Source of the DNA: an uncultured Veillonellaceae bacterium
GTDB lineage: Bacteria; Bacillota; Negativicutes; JARBTT01
DNA: 64,000 nt
Assembly: GCA_963805085.1 (NCBI GenBank)
Contig: CAWDTA010000004.1
Location: forward strand, 352,001 to 416,000
Direction: 5' to 3'
Of the stretch, positions 9,500 to 20,089 are shown one piece after another (within the stretch, counting starts at the first letter, position 1; every line of letters starts with the position of its first letter). A program made the position numbers and the translations under genes. The notes below the pieces were generated by a model. The model worked only from the letters and a program-made list of their open reading frames with translations, made no database searches and was not told the origin of the DNA.

Positions 9500-10852
9500 T
9501 TGCAGACAGGAGATGACTACAAATTGAGCTCATTTAGTAAGACAGATTTTATAGTCATGGCATTCGGAAACATTATCGGTTCTGGCATTTTTCTTGCCAG
9601 TAGTCTTGTAATTACCATTGCTGGTTCTTTAACACCACTAGCCTATTTACTGGGCGGGCTTGTCATGATGATGGAAGTTGCCTTCATTATTGAGATGGCA
9701 ATCGCAAATCCAGTACCAGGTTCATTCAAAGTATGCGCGCAAGAAGTATTCGGTGACTGGTGGGGATTTGTTAATGGTTGGATGTTTTGGGCTAGTGGCG
9801 TTCTCGGGATGGCCAGCGAAGTTACCGCTTGTGCAATTTTCACCCGTTTTTGGATCCCTAATATTCCACTATGGATTCTCAGCCTTTTATTTTCTGTAGC
9901 AATTACAATAATAAATTTTAATGATTTAAAAGGGCTAAGTAAAATTGAACTTGGATTATCGTTGACAAAGATACTTACGCTCATACTATTTATTTTCATT
10001 GGAACTTTATTGGCTATTGGAGTCCCAATTGGACATGCGAGCGAAAATTTACTTTTATTACCACCACTTGATCAATCCCCTTATCAAAGCATAATGGGGC
10101 TTTTAGGTTCCATGTTACTAATTTTTTTCGCCTATACCGGTACAGGCATTATTGCAATGGCGGCAATAGAAACCGAAAATCCAGAAAAAACAGTGCCACC
10201 AGCAGCTAAAATAATTACGTTGACAATAATTTTATTATATACGCTAGCCGCTTTTTTCATGGTGATTTTACTCCCAACTGAGCTTGTTGATTCAAAAGTC
10301 AGTCCCTTTGTGCAGTTGTTTACAATGTTTCAAATACCATATGCTGGCGATATCATAAATTTTATTTTACTGACATCTGCATTATCCGCACTAAATTCAC
10401 AAGTATACTCTGCTTCCCGTATGCTTTTTTCTCTCGCAAAACACGCTCAAGCACCAAAGGTTGTTGGATACCAGAATCGTGAAAATATACCTGTTATCGC
10501 AATCGCTATTAGCGGAACTGTTCTTCTTCTTACCGCGATGTTATCTTATATTTTGCCGGAGCAAATCTTCATATACACGGTCAGCGCAAGTGGTTTTCTA
10601 GCGCTCGTAAATTGGCTGAGTGTATCAGCGACCCATTACTATTATCGCAAAAAACTACTTATAACCTCACCGGAAAAACTAAAATACAAAGCCCCGGGAT
10701 ATCCTTATCTTTCCTGGCTATGCTTTGGCTCTGTACTTATCGCAATCCTTTCAATTCCTTTATATCCAGACCAGCTACCTGGTTTATATTCGGGTTGTAT
10801 ATTGCTCTTTATTATCAGTACCTGTTATTTTATCGTTCATGCAATAAAATAA
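9500..10852 (+). CDS. APC-family amino acid permease
   Basis: GNIIGSGIFL, FAYTGT, ETENPEK, ~12 TM segments; true start may be TTG at 9524 after AGGAGA. Confidence 0.9.
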   Translation: MQTGDDYKLSSFSKTDFIVMAFGNIIGSGIFLASSLVITIAGSLTPLAYLLGGLVMMMEVAFIIEMAIANPVPGSFKVCAQEVFGDWWGFVNGWMFWASGVLGMASEVTACAIFTRFWIPNIPLWILSLLFSVAITIINFNDLKGLSKIELGLSLTKILTLILFIFIGTLLAIGVPIGHASENLLLLPPLDQSPYQSIMGLLGSMLLIFFAYTGTGIIAMAAIETENPEKTVPPAAKIITLTIILLYTLAAFFMVILLPTELVDSKVSPFVQLFTMFQIPYAGDIINFILLTSALSALNSQVYSASRMLFSLAKHAQAPKVVGYQNRENIPVIAIAISGTVLLLTAMLSYILPEQIFIYTVSASGFLALVNWLSVSATHYYYRKKLLITSPEKLKYKAPGYPYLSWLCFGSVLIAILSIPLYPDQLPGLYSGCILLFIISTCYFIVHAIK

Positions 10853-10902
10853 CAAACTTTTCACTATGTAGACTTCATCTATTTCCAAAAACAAAAAAAT
10901 TT

Positions 10903-10928
10903 AAGAGGCTGTTATGAAACAGCCCCTT
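10903..10928. terminator. Terminator between convergent genes
   Basis: AAGAGGCTGTT-ATGA-AACAGCCCCTT. Confidence 0.65.
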
Positions 10929-10946
10929 GTCTATTATTATTTCTAT

Positions 10947-12020
10947 CTATTTGCACATCTGAGAAAGTACAGCAACAACCTCGTCGCCAACTTCATTTGT
11001 TTTTGCCTGTCCATCCATATCTGGTGTAAGCGCTTTCTTTTCTACCATAACTTGCTCAATCGCTTTTAAAACCTGACTGCCCCACTCTTCATGACCAAAG
11101 AAATCAAGCATCTGGCTAACGGACCAAATCGAAGCTAACGGATCGGCAATGCCCTTTCCAGCAATATCAGGTGCCGAGCCATGAATAGGTTCAAACATCG
11201 ATGGATATTTTCTTTCTGGATTTACATTTGCCCCAGCAGCAAGTCCCATACCGCCTGAGATCGCAGCGCCTAAATCCGTAAGAATATCACCAAATAAATT
11301 TGATGTTACGACAACTTGGAACCGCCCTGGATCTTTCACAAAGAACATACTAGCAGCATCAACCAAATAAGAATACGTCTTCACATCTGGGTATTCCTTG
11401 CCAACTTCAGCAAATATTTGATCCCAGAAAACCATCGAATAAATCAAAGCATTTCCTTTACTGATGCTAGTTAATGTTTTACCAGTCTTACGCGCCTCTT
11501 CATAAGCATAACGGATAATACGCTCCGTACCTTTACGAGAAAATACGCCTGTTTGCAAAACAACTTCCTCGGGTTTGCCTTTAAATAACCACTCGCCAGC
11601 CCCTGCATACTCGCCTTCGCTATTTTCTCTGATCACAAGCATATCAATCTGATCCCGCGTGATATCCTTCAAAGGACATGGCGCACCATCAAGCAATTGA
11701 ACTGGACGTATATTCACATACTGATCAAAGCCTTTTCTAATTTTAAGTAATAAATCACAAAGAGAAATGTGATCGGGAACACCAGGATACCCCACTGCGC
11801 CTAAATATATCGCATCAAAAGCTTTTAGCTTTTCTAATCCATCATCATCCATCATTTTGCCATTTTTTAAATAATACTGGCAACCCCAAGGAAAATAAGT
11901 AAAATCAAATTTAAAAGCTCCAGATAATTCAGATACTTTATTTAAAATTTTTATACCTTCAGCCAATACTTCGGGACCAATTCCATCTCCAGCAATCACT
12001 GCAACTTTATATTCTTTCAT
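10947..12020 (-). CDS. Tartrate dehydrogenase / D-malate dehydrogenase (decarboxylating)
   Basis: AGDGIGPEV, RENSEGEY, NLFGDILTDL, SMFEPIHGSAPDIAG; PDHISL and FDQYVN favour TtuC/DmlA over LeuB. Confidence 0.85.
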   Translation of the reverse strand: MKEYKVAVIAGDGIGPEVLAEGIKILNKVSELSGAFKFDFTYFPWGCQYYLKNGKMMDDDGLEKLKAFDAIYLGAVGYPGVPDHISLCDLLLKIRKGFDQYVNIRPVQLLDGAPCPLKDITRDQIDMLVIRENSEGEYAGAGEWLFKGKPEEVVLQTGVFSRKGTERIIRYAYEEARKTGKTLTSISKGNALIYSMVFWDQIFAEVGKEYPDVKTYSYLVDAASMFFVKDPGRFQVVVTSNLFGDILTDLGAAISGGMGLAAGANVNPERKYPSMFEPIHGSAPDIAGKGIADPLASIWSVSQMLDFFGHEEWGSQVLKAIEQVMVEKKALTPDMDGQAKTNEVGDEVVAVLSQMCK

Positions 12021-12185
12021 CTAAGTATCCCTCTCTCTTATGAACTATCGATTGTCTCTTTTTTAGAGTACCATGACTCGCTTTTTTATTCAAGCCAAAC
12101 TCCCCTTCACTTCGTCTATTTTATCCATGATTTCAGGACAACTCTAATTTGCTGAGCTCGTAGTCTTGACGAAGTCAATATGCAT

Positions 12186-12225
12186 AAAATGAAAGTGAGC
12201 CAAATCATCTGGCCACTTTCATTTT
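12186..12225 (-). terminator. Intrinsic terminator
   Basis: AAAATGAAAGTG...CACTTTCATTTT. Confidence 0.7.
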
Positions 12226-12230
12226 AAGAC

Positions 12231-13412
12231 TTATATTGCAAGTCGGTAAATCGCTTCAACATCTTTTGGACCAAGTGGCATGAATCCACCAATCTTATTA
12301 TGCTCAGTAACCCCGAGATGTTTTACTAAAGCAGGAATATCTTCTTCTTTTGCACCTAACTCTTCAAAATTAGCCGGCATCCCAATAGAACCTAAGAAAT
12401 TACGGAAACGCTTAATCCCTTCAGTTGCAGTAAGCCCTGGATTGGCAAAATTTATATCACAGCCCCATACCCGCACTGCAAATTGCGCAAAACGATTGAT
12501 GTCATGGTTCATCACATAGGTCATCCAAGCAGGCATAATTACTGCTAACCCCGCACCATGCGCCACGTCGTATAAAGAAGAAAGTTCATGTTCAATATCG
12601 TGACTGCTCCAATCCTGCTGCCGACCAACACCACATAAATTGTTGTGCGCGACCATCCCCGCCCACATAATGTTGGCACGTGCCTGATAATCCTGTAAGT
12701 TTGCCATAACTTTTGGTGCTTCTTCAATCATCGTTTGCAAAATTCCCTCACATAGACGATCCGTTACTTCTACATCTTTAGTCTTCGTGAAATAGCGTTC
12801 GCATACATGCGCCATAATATCAGTAATACCACAAGCGGTCTGATAAGCGGACAAAGTACAGGTTGACTCTGGATTCAAGATGGAGAATTTCGGACGCAAA
12901 GCTTCCCCTGTGGTGGCACGTTTCAACATACCATTTTCATGGGTAATCACGGAATCTGCCGAACCTTCACTACCTGCGGCAGCAATCGTCAAAACTGTGC
13001 CTATCATTAAAGCTTTGTCTACCGTTTTTCCAGTTCCATAATACTCCCAGAAATCGCCGTCATAAACAGCACCAGCAGCAATTGCTTTTGCCGAATCAAT
13101 AGAACTTCCGCCACCGACTGCTAGTACAAAGTCAACACTTTCTTTACGGCAAAGTTCAATTCCTTCATAGACTAAGCCACTTCTTGGGTTTGGCATAACC
13201 CCGCCCTGCTCGACGTAAGAAATCTTTGCTTCTTTTAAGGATGCAGCCACTTTATCAAAAACACCATTTCGCTTAATAGAACCTCCACCATAGTGGATTA
13301 AAACTTTCGTTCCACCAAAACGTTTTACCAATTCTCCGATATTACTTTCACTGTCTTTACCAAAGCAGAAATACGTTGGAGCATAAAATCTAAAATTATC
13401 CATACCTATCAT
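12231..13412 (-). CDS. Iron-containing alcohol dehydrogenase (butanol dehydrogenase BdhA/B type)
   Basis: YGGGSIKRNG, VGGGSSID, HDIEHELS, HGAGLA. Confidence 0.92.
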   Translation of the reverse strand: MIGMDNFRFYAPTYFCFGKDSESNIGELVKRFGGTKVLIHYGGGSIKRNGVFDKVAASLKEAKISYVEQGGVMPNPRSGLVYEGIELCRKESVDFVLAVGGGSSIDSAKAIAAGAVYDGDFWEYYGTGKTVDKALMIGTVLTIAAAGSEGSADSVITHENGMLKRATTGEALRPKFSILNPESTCTLSAYQTACGITDIMAHVCERYFTKTKDVEVTDRLCEGILQTMIEEAPKVMANLQDYQARANIMWAGMVAHNNLCGVGRQQDWSSHDIEHELSSLYDVAHGAGLAVIMPAWMTYVMNHDINRFAQFAVRVWGCDINFANPGLTATEGIKRFRNFLGSIGMPANFEELGAKEEDIPALVKHLGVTEHNKIGGFMPLGPKDVEAIYRLAI

Positions 13413-13691
13413 CTCCTTCCCCTATTCTACTTTATAGTATACATGTTAAAATTCACCAACGCTACCTTAGAAAAAACACAATACTGCCTTGCTAGAAATA
13501 TCTAGAGAAAACAGTATCTGTATCCCCACTAGCATAGTCAAAAGACCTGCATATAATAATAAACGCTAAAAATACCTTTCCACAGAAAAATGGTTACATT
13601 GATAATTGTCTGCTTGAACATCGTTATGATAATATCCCTGGGCGCTATTGCTAATCAAAATGCCTATAACAATATCCTTTAGTTTCAAAAA

Positions 13692-13719
13692 AAGCGTAGG
13701 CGATACAATCGCCTACGTT
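13692..13719 (-). terminator. Terminator of the uxu/uxa operon
   Basis: GCGTAGGCGAT-ACA-ATCGCCTACGT preceded by an A-run (U-run on minus). Confidence 0.75.
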
Positions 13720-13792
13720 CCGTGCTTTGCTTTCGCGCACTTTTAAATTTTTTGAATTCATTACATTCAGCAAACCCAAGGGGATTTTATTA

Positions 13793-15196
13793 TTAAAATT
13801 CAAAATATTTTTTTACATTATGATATGAAATGTTTTCTACCAAGTTTCCTAAAAATTTCATATCAGCGGGATATTCCCCTTTTTCTACCCACGTACCAAT
13901 CATATTACAAAGAATACGCCGAAAATATTCATGCCTTGTATAGGACAAAAACGATCTTGAATCTGTTAGCATGCCAATAAAATTTCCTAAAATAGATAAA
14001 CTTGCTAAACTTGTAAGCTGATCCAGCATCCCTGTTTTACTATCATTAAACCACCAAGCAGCTCCATGTTGAATTTTCCCAGCAATCTCACTTCCCTGGA
14101 AAGATCCAATTATAGAACCAATTAATTCATTATCATTTGGATTTAGTGAATAAAGTATTGTTTTTGGTAACTTATTCTTTTTATTAAGTGCATCTAATAA
14201 TTTTACAATTGCATCCCCACAATGATGAGCTGCAATGCAATCAAATCCTGTATCTGCTCCCAACATTTTTAATGCCAATGAATTTCCGTTGCGCTGTGCC
14301 GAATAATGAATCTGCATCCCCCAATTTTTTTTGCTGTATTCCTGCCCTAAAAACAGTAGAATTCCTGTTTTATAAGCTTCAATCTCCTCTGCTGTTAATT
14401 TCTCTCTGTGAAGCGCTTTCTGAAATATCTTATTAAGCTCGGTATCTTTTACTTCCCGAAAAAACACATAATCCAATCCGTGGTCTGAGGCTCTACAACC
14501 CATTTTATGAAAAAATTCTATACGATTTTCCAATGCTTGATAAACATCTTCTATAGTCTGTATTTTTATCTTAGATGCTTTATTAAGGCGTTCAATATAC
14601 GATATAAACCCTTCTTTTTCAATCGCCATTATTCCATCAGGGCGCATTGTCGGTAAGACCTCAGCCAAACATTTTCCATCTTCCTTTATCTTTTTATGCC
14701 AATGTAAATCATCTGCCGGATCATCTGTTGTACAAATCACTTTCACATTAGAAGCTTTAATAATCCCCAACACGGACATTTCTTTTTCTTGTAATTTTTT
14801 ATTGCAAAGATTCCAAATCTCTTCCGACGTCTCTCCATTCAAGGGTATTGAACAATTAAAATACCGCTGTAGTTCCATGTGTGTCCAGTGATAAAGCGGA
14901 TTTCCTATTGCTCTTGGTAACGCTTCGGCAAATTTTTGAAATTTTTCACGATCCGTCGATTCTGTACCCGTAATATATTTTTCTTCGACCCCATTAGAAC
15001 GAATCATGCGCCATTTATAATGATCCCCCCCCAACCATGCTTCCGTAATGTTTCTAAAAACATGATTTTCAGCAATTTGCTGCGGATTTATATGACAATG
15101 ATAATCAATAATCGGCATTCTAGTGGCATGCTGATGAAACAAAATCTGCGCGGTTTCATTTTCTAACAAAAAGTTTTTACCCATGAATTCTTCCAT
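13793..15196 (-). CDS. uxaC: Glucuronate isomerase
   Basis: IIDYHCH, WLGGDHYKWR, GAAWWFND, LTDSRSFLSYTRHEYFRR. Confidence 0.97.
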   Translation of the reverse strand: MEEFMGKNFLLENETAQILFHQHATRMPIIDYHCHINPQQIAENHVFRNITEAWLGGDHYKWRMIRSNGVEEKYITGTESTDREKFQKFAEALPRAIGNPLYHWTHMELQRYFNCSIPLNGETSEEIWNLCNKKLQEKEMSVLGIIKASNVKVICTTDDPADDLHWHKKIKEDGKCLAEVLPTMRPDGIMAIEKEGFISYIERLNKASKIKIQTIEDVYQALENRIEFFHKMGCRASDHGLDYVFFREVKDTELNKIFQKALHREKLTAEEIEAYKTGILLFLGQEYSKKNWGMQIHYSAQRNGNSLALKMLGADTGFDCIAAHHCGDAIVKLLDALNKKNKLPKTILYSLNPNDNELIGSIIGSFQGSEIAGKIQHGAAWWFNDSKTGMLDQLTSLASLSILGNFIGMLTDSRSFLSYTRHEYFRRILCNMIGTWVEKGEYPADMKFLGNLVENISYHNVKKYFEF

Positions 15197-15208
15197 TAAA
15201 AATCATCC

Positions 15209-17005
15209 TCATATATTATTTTCTTTTGATTTTTTTCCAATTACACTTTGTAACGCCTGATAAACATTGCTAACTTTTTGCCCCAATGCCACCTGAAGCT
15301 GTTCTCCAACTATAATAGCATCTTTGACACCATCTAAATTCTTTAAAACTTCGCAATTTGCCGCCGTATTATCTGATAATGTAATTCTAATCCGCGTAGC
15401 GCAATACGTATAATAATCAATATTATACGCTCCGCCGACATTTGCCAAAATTGCATTTGCTAAAATTAATTGATCATCTTCTGCATCTTTTAGATTGTCT
15501 ATTTTAATTGAATGACTCCAAATCTCTTGGTATTTGTATCCTGTTAGTTCTTCAACAATTGCCTTAGTTTCAGCACTAACATCATCCTTACTTCCACCAG
15601 CTTTTAAACGATCAATTTCTTGAATCAAGACAGCATGTGTCTGTTTGTTCAGCTTAAAATGCCATGCGAAATACAACGCAATTGCAATTAGGCCACCGGT
15701 GCCTATGAACAATGTATTAGCGATTGTATGAATAGCTTCTGGGGTCTGTATTAATTGTCCTTTAATAAATCCACCTTCCTGTAAGACAAAACCTACAATT
15801 ATCGTAGCAACTGCGACTGTAGTTTTCCTCGCAAAAGTCATAACTGCAGCAAACAACCCTTCTCTTCTTTTCTGCGATATAATTTCATCTACATCTGGAA
15901 TAAAAGGAAAAACATTCCATGGTGTGAATTCAAGAAGCTGACGCCCTACTTGATAAAAAAGGCCTAATGCATATAAAACAACCAATTTAGAACCAGGATC
16001 ATAAAGATATACTACAAAAAATCCTATTAAACAAACAAGCATTGTTATATAAGAAGTTTTAAACAAATTACTCGGCCCAATTTTAATCAATAAGAATCCT
16101 CCAGCAATCGTTGCTGGTATTCCAATAATACTTAACGAAAGTATATCAGCAGCATTTGACGATGGAATGTTTAAACAGAATACCGCAAAGAAAACAAATA
16201 CCGTATTAAAAACGTCTTTTCCCGTAAAAGAGCAAATATAGATCAATAAATGCTGACGAAAAGCTTTAACTTTCAAAGTAGACCAGTATTCTTTAGTGAT
16301 ATGAACAAAACTTTGGCACTTCTCAGCAAAACTTTTAGGCTGTTCGGTCTGAAGAAGTTCTTCTTTCATTTTTGCTGTAAGTTCTCTTTCCCAGGTTACT
16401 TTGTAACTAATAAAAATGCAAATAGCAAACAGTACCGCAAAAATTGTACCATTTAAGGAATATGCATACGCATTATTTTCCCCAAAGTGACGAATTAAAA
16501 TTGCTGGGACAAATGTAGCTAAAAAAGTGCCCGTAGATGATATAAACATACGGCAGGTAGAAAGTTTTGTCCTCGCATTAAAGTCCGTTGTCATTTCCGA
16601 TGGCAAAGTTTCCCAAGGAATCAATACCATTGCTGCAATAATTTCAAATGCTAGATAGCAAGTTAAGTAATACCAATAACTCATTCCTGTAAGCCAAAGC
16701 ATAGCATAAACAGCCATCAACGGTGATCCAATCAGTAAGAAAAATCGACGACGGCCAAAACGTTTTCCAAGCTTATTCTTGAAAAAATTATCTGATACGC
16801 TACCAATAGATAAACTGACGATTGCATCAACTATTCTGGCAATTCCGACAATTGAAGCTGCTTCTAGCGGTGTTAAGCCAGCATATGTTGTATAAAAGAA
16901 AAGTAGCCACGCCCCTATAATTGTAAATGCACCACCACCCATCAAGTCTGTTAAACCAAAACCTATACCAATCGGAATTGTAATTTTTCTATTTTTCTCA
17001 GCCAT
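15209..17005 (-). CDS. GPH/MFS oligo-uronide-type transporter with C-terminal PTS EIIB (Glc family) domain
   Basis: GPH motifs (FGRRRFFLL, PWETLPSEMT, FIPDVDEI..RREGLF); tail ILANVGGAYNI...CATRIRI...QLQVALG matches EIIB. Confidence 0.85.
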   Translation of the reverse strand: MAEKNRKITIPIGIGFGLTDLMGGGAFTIIGAWLLFFYTTYAGLTPLEAASIVGIARIVDAIVSLSIGSVSDNFFKNKLGKRFGRRRFFLLIGSPLMAVYAMLWLTGMSYWYYLTCYLAFEIIAAMVLIPWETLPSEMTTDFNARTKLSTCRMFISSTGTFLATFVPAILIRHFGENNAYAYSLNGTIFAVLFAICIFISYKVTWERELTAKMKEELLQTEQPKSFAEKCQSFVHITKEYWSTLKVKAFRQHLLIYICSFTGKDVFNTVFVFFAVFCLNIPSSNAADILSLSIIGIPATIAGGFLLIKIGPSNLFKTSYITMLVCLIGFFVVYLYDPGSKLVVLYALGLFYQVGRQLLEFTPWNVFPFIPDVDEIISQKRREGLFAAVMTFARKTTVAVATIIVGFVLQEGGFIKGQLIQTPEAIHTIANTLFIGTGGLIAIALYFAWHFKLNKQTHAVLIQEIDRLKAGGSKDDVSAETKAIVEELTGYKYQEIWSHSIKIDNLKDAEDDQLILANAILANVGGAYNIDYYTYCATRIRITLSDNTAANCEVLKNLDGVKDAIIVGEQLQVALGQKVSNVYQALQSVIGKKSKENNI

Positions 17006-17085
17006 ATTAATTCCCCCTACATTTTTATTCGTATTGTTATATTAAAGCTGTAAAATCTGAAATGGTAACTTTCCAATTTTTATAT

Positions 17086-18693
17086 TTATCCTACATATTT
17101 CCTTAATGTATTCTTAACAGACTCCGGTCCAACGCTCATTTCTTTAAAATAATCTTCAATCAAGACTCCTAACTCAACTTTATACAAATCTGAACCAAAA
17201 ATAGTGATATCGCTAAGAATTGGCTTTAATACAGCATGAACATCAAAGCTTTTACCTAAATGTACATCTGCCAATTTTTTCTGTAAATCTGGCAATAATG
17301 GATCAGGACTCACCGTAAATCGCTTACCAGAATCATCAACTCCTAATAAATAACGACACCAGCCAGCAATAACCAGAGGAATATACTTAAGAGTTCTCAC
17401 ATCTAATTCCGATGAGTCCTGATAAGCCTTAATCGTTTCACCGAAACGCACACCAAGTTTTTGTGACGTGTCACAAGCAATACGCTGAGGCGTATCTGGT
17501 ATTGCTGGATTAGGAAAACGCTCGGTCAAGCATTCTCGTAAAAAATCTCGTGGATTCAGTACCCCTGGATCTGCGACAACCTTCATCCCTTCTTGATAGC
17601 CGATTTTTTCAACAAATTGCTGCAGCAACGGATTTTTCATTTCATCGGCAATCAATGTATAACCTAACAAGCAACCAAAAATCGCCAATGCTGTATGCAG
17701 TGGATTCAAACAAGTGCAAACTTTCATTTTTTCCACACAATCAACCGTCTGACGGTTGGTAAAAATTACACCTGTTTTTTCTAAAGGAGGTCTGCCATTT
17801 AGAAAATTATCTTCGACTACCAAATATTCTGTCTTTTCCGCATTCACAAAGGGAGCATAACAGCCGCCACGATTACTAGAAATAAACTCCATATCCGTAA
17901 GTCCATCTTTTAGAAGCTCTTTTTGTATTTTTTCTGATGGACGCGGTGTTATTTTATCAATCATGCTGCATGGATAGGCAACTTTCTGCAGTAAATACTC
18001 TATAAAACCTTTTTCTACCAGGTCTTTTTTCTCCCAAGCATAAGCAATCTCTCTAATCGCATTTTGTAATACAATTCCATTATGTGAACAATTATCCATA
18101 CTCAAAAGAGTTAACGGAAAAGCACCTGCTAAATAACGTTCATGTAATAAAGAAACCAATCTTGCCAAAAAACTTTGCGGTGCTTTTGGTCCGTTCATCA
18201 GATCAGTAGCAATATCGGCCAAATATGCACCATCATTATCCTTGGTTTTATACCCCTTTTCTGTAATAGTAAAACTGATAATCTGCAGCGATGGGTTACG
18301 CAAAATTTCTTGTAAATGCTGCCAATCTTTCTTTTCTTCCGTATGGCAGGTTAAACTTTCAGCGATACTGCCAATTACTTTTTTACGAGTACTCTGATCT
18401 GGATACAGCGTAACCAATAAGCTTAAATTATCATGTGGCTGATAAATTTTATCAATTACTTCGCAATTATTAGTTGCTACTGCTATGATTCCCGTTTTCA
18501 CAAAACCTTGGTTCAGTAAGCTCTGCTGCAACGAAGCCACAAAAGCGCGAAATATATTTCCCGGGCCAAAATGCAACCATTCTGGACGTTTCGCTGTTTC
18601 CTGCAGCATTTTACTACGATCAAACCTTGGTAATTCTATCCCCTTACCTTGCCAAGCTAGTACATTTTGCAGGTTCTTCGCATTAAGTTTCAT
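17086..18693 (-). CDS. Mannitol dehydrogenase family oxidoreductase (probable fructuronate/D-mannonate reductase, UxuB-like)
   Basis: HFGPGNIFRA, FTITEKGY, SMDNCSHNG, MIDKITPRP, KVCTCLNPLH; between uxuA and uxaC. Confidence 0.85.
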   Translation of the reverse strand: MKLNAKNLQNVLAWQGKGIELPRFDRSKMLQETAKRPEWLHFGPGNIFRAFVASLQQSLLNQGFVKTGIIAVATNNCEVIDKIYQPHDNLSLLVTLYPDQSTRKKVIGSIAESLTCHTEEKKDWQHLQEILRNPSLQIISFTITEKGYKTKDNDGAYLADIATDLMNGPKAPQSFLARLVSLLHERYLAGAFPLTLLSMDNCSHNGIVLQNAIREIAYAWEKKDLVEKGFIEYLLQKVAYPCSMIDKITPRPSEKIQKELLKDGLTDMEFISSNRGGCYAPFVNAEKTEYLVVEDNFLNGRPPLEKTGVIFTNRQTVDCVEKMKVCTCLNPLHTALAIFGCLLGYTLIADEMKNPLLQQFVEKIGYQEGMKVVADPGVLNPRDFLRECLTERFPNPAIPDTPQRIACDTSQKLGVRFGETIKAYQDSSELDVRTLKYIPLVIAGWCRYLLGVDDSGKRFTVSPDPLLPDLQKKLADVHLGKSFDVHAVLKPILSDITIFGSDLYKVELGVLIEDYFKEMSVGPESVKNTLRKYVG

Positions 18694-18712
18694 CTTATAT
18701 CACATCCTTTTA

Positions 18713-19792
18713 TTATTTTCTGCTGTTTTCACGGCAAATTGCATCCCATAAACCGCACAAATAATTTGCCCCTAACGCTCTATCATATAATCCATATCCA
18801 GGACGTCCTTTTTCATTCCAGATCATTCTTCCATGATCTGGTCGAATTGGGCCAGTAAAACCAATATCATGTAAAGCCTTCATTATCGCATAAATATCTA
18901 AAGAACCATATTGGGATTTATGAGCAACTTCATTGAATACCCATGGTTCATGTACCTGGACGTTTCTAATATGAGCAAAAGCTACACGTCCCATTTTGCC
19001 GAAATGCCGAATAATATCGGGGATATCATTATTTAAATTGGCTCCTAATGAACCACTACAAATTGTCAAACCATTACTTGGGCTATCAACCATACCGACA
19101 ATCCGCTCCAAATTATTTTTTGAAATAACAATACGTGGTAAACCAAACACCTTGCAAGGTGGATCGTCCGGATGAATTGCCATTTTTATGCCTACTTCTT
19201 CGGCAACTGGTACAACTGCTTTCAAAAAGTATTCCAAGTTTTTAAATAATTCTTCTTCATCAATATCTTTGTATAAATCAAACAACTTCGTTAACTCTTT
19301 TAATCTCTCTGGCTCCCAGCCTGGAAGCGAAAAACCATTGGCATTCTTTTGCACTTCTTCAACCATTACTTGTGGATCTTTCCCAGCAATCAAATGATAA
19401 TCATAAGCGAGTGCTGTGGAACCATCAAATAATACTTTAGCTAAGTCCGTTCTCGTCCAATCAAATACTGGCATAAAATTATAACAAACAACATTTACAC
19501 CAACCTTACCAAGATTTCTCAAAGAAATAATATAATTTTCTATATAGCGGTCGCGACTTGGTAAACCTAGTTTAATATCCTCATGTACATTTACACTTTC
19601 TACTGTTTCAAAAGCTAAACCATAGTCTTCAATTTCATTTTTTAACTGCATAATTTTTTCCATTGGCCATGCTTCACCAACGGGCACATCAAATAAAGCG
19701 CCTACAACTCCTTGCATTCCTGGGATTTGCCGAATATTTTGAAGTGTAATTTTATCTTCATCTTTTCCATACCATCGAAATGTCATCTTCAT
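18713..19792 (-). CDS. uxuA: Mannonate dehydratase
   Basis: [45 protein letters not shown]; start set at ATG 19792. Confidence 0.97.
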   Translation of the reverse strand: MKMTFRWYGKDEDKITLQNIRQIPGMQGVVGALFDVPVGEAWPMEKIMQLKNEIEDYGLAFETVESVNVHEDIKLGLPSRDRYIENYIISLRNLGKVGVNVVCYNFMPVFDWTRTDLAKVLFDGSTALAYDYHLIAGKDPQVMVEEVQKNANGFSLPGWEPERLKELTKLFDLYKDIDEEELFKNLEYFLKAVVPVAEEVGIKMAIHPDDPPCKVFGLPRIVISKNNLERIVGMVDSPSNGLTICSGSLGANLNNDIPDIIRHFGKMGRVAFAHIRNVQVHEPWVFNEVAHKSQYGSLDIYAIMKALHDIGFTGPIRPDHGRMIWNEKGRPGYGLYDRALGANYLCGLWDAICRENSRK

Positions 19793-19832
19793 TATCAAAT
19801 TCCCCCATATCATTTATAGTGCTCAAGTTCTT

Positions 19833-19864
19833 TACTGATATACTACCATACTAGTATATCAGTA
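19833..19864. promoter_or_regulatory. Palindromic operator, likely for adjacent GntR regulator
   Basis: TACTGATATACTA-N6-TAGTATATCAGTA perfect 13-bp inverted repeat just upstream of uxuA. Confidence 0.7.
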
Positions 19865-20089
19865 TCAAATTCTATTTATAATAGAAAAACAGTCGATTTT
19901 ATGCTTTTTTCACATCAATCCTTTAAATATTAGCCTTTTTCTTCTTATTCTGAAATTTTTAAATTATTTGATATTTAAATAAACACACAAAAAAAGCACT
20001 TTAATCAACTTGTCAAAGCACTTCCTTTTATGTTTTTAATTTTCATATTCAAAATTTAATACACAGATAAATTTTGACAGTAAAATATT

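Noticed and set aside
13443-13460. Rex operator upstream of the butanol dehydrogenase gene
   Set aside because: Only one half-site (TGTTAA) fits; the second half does not.
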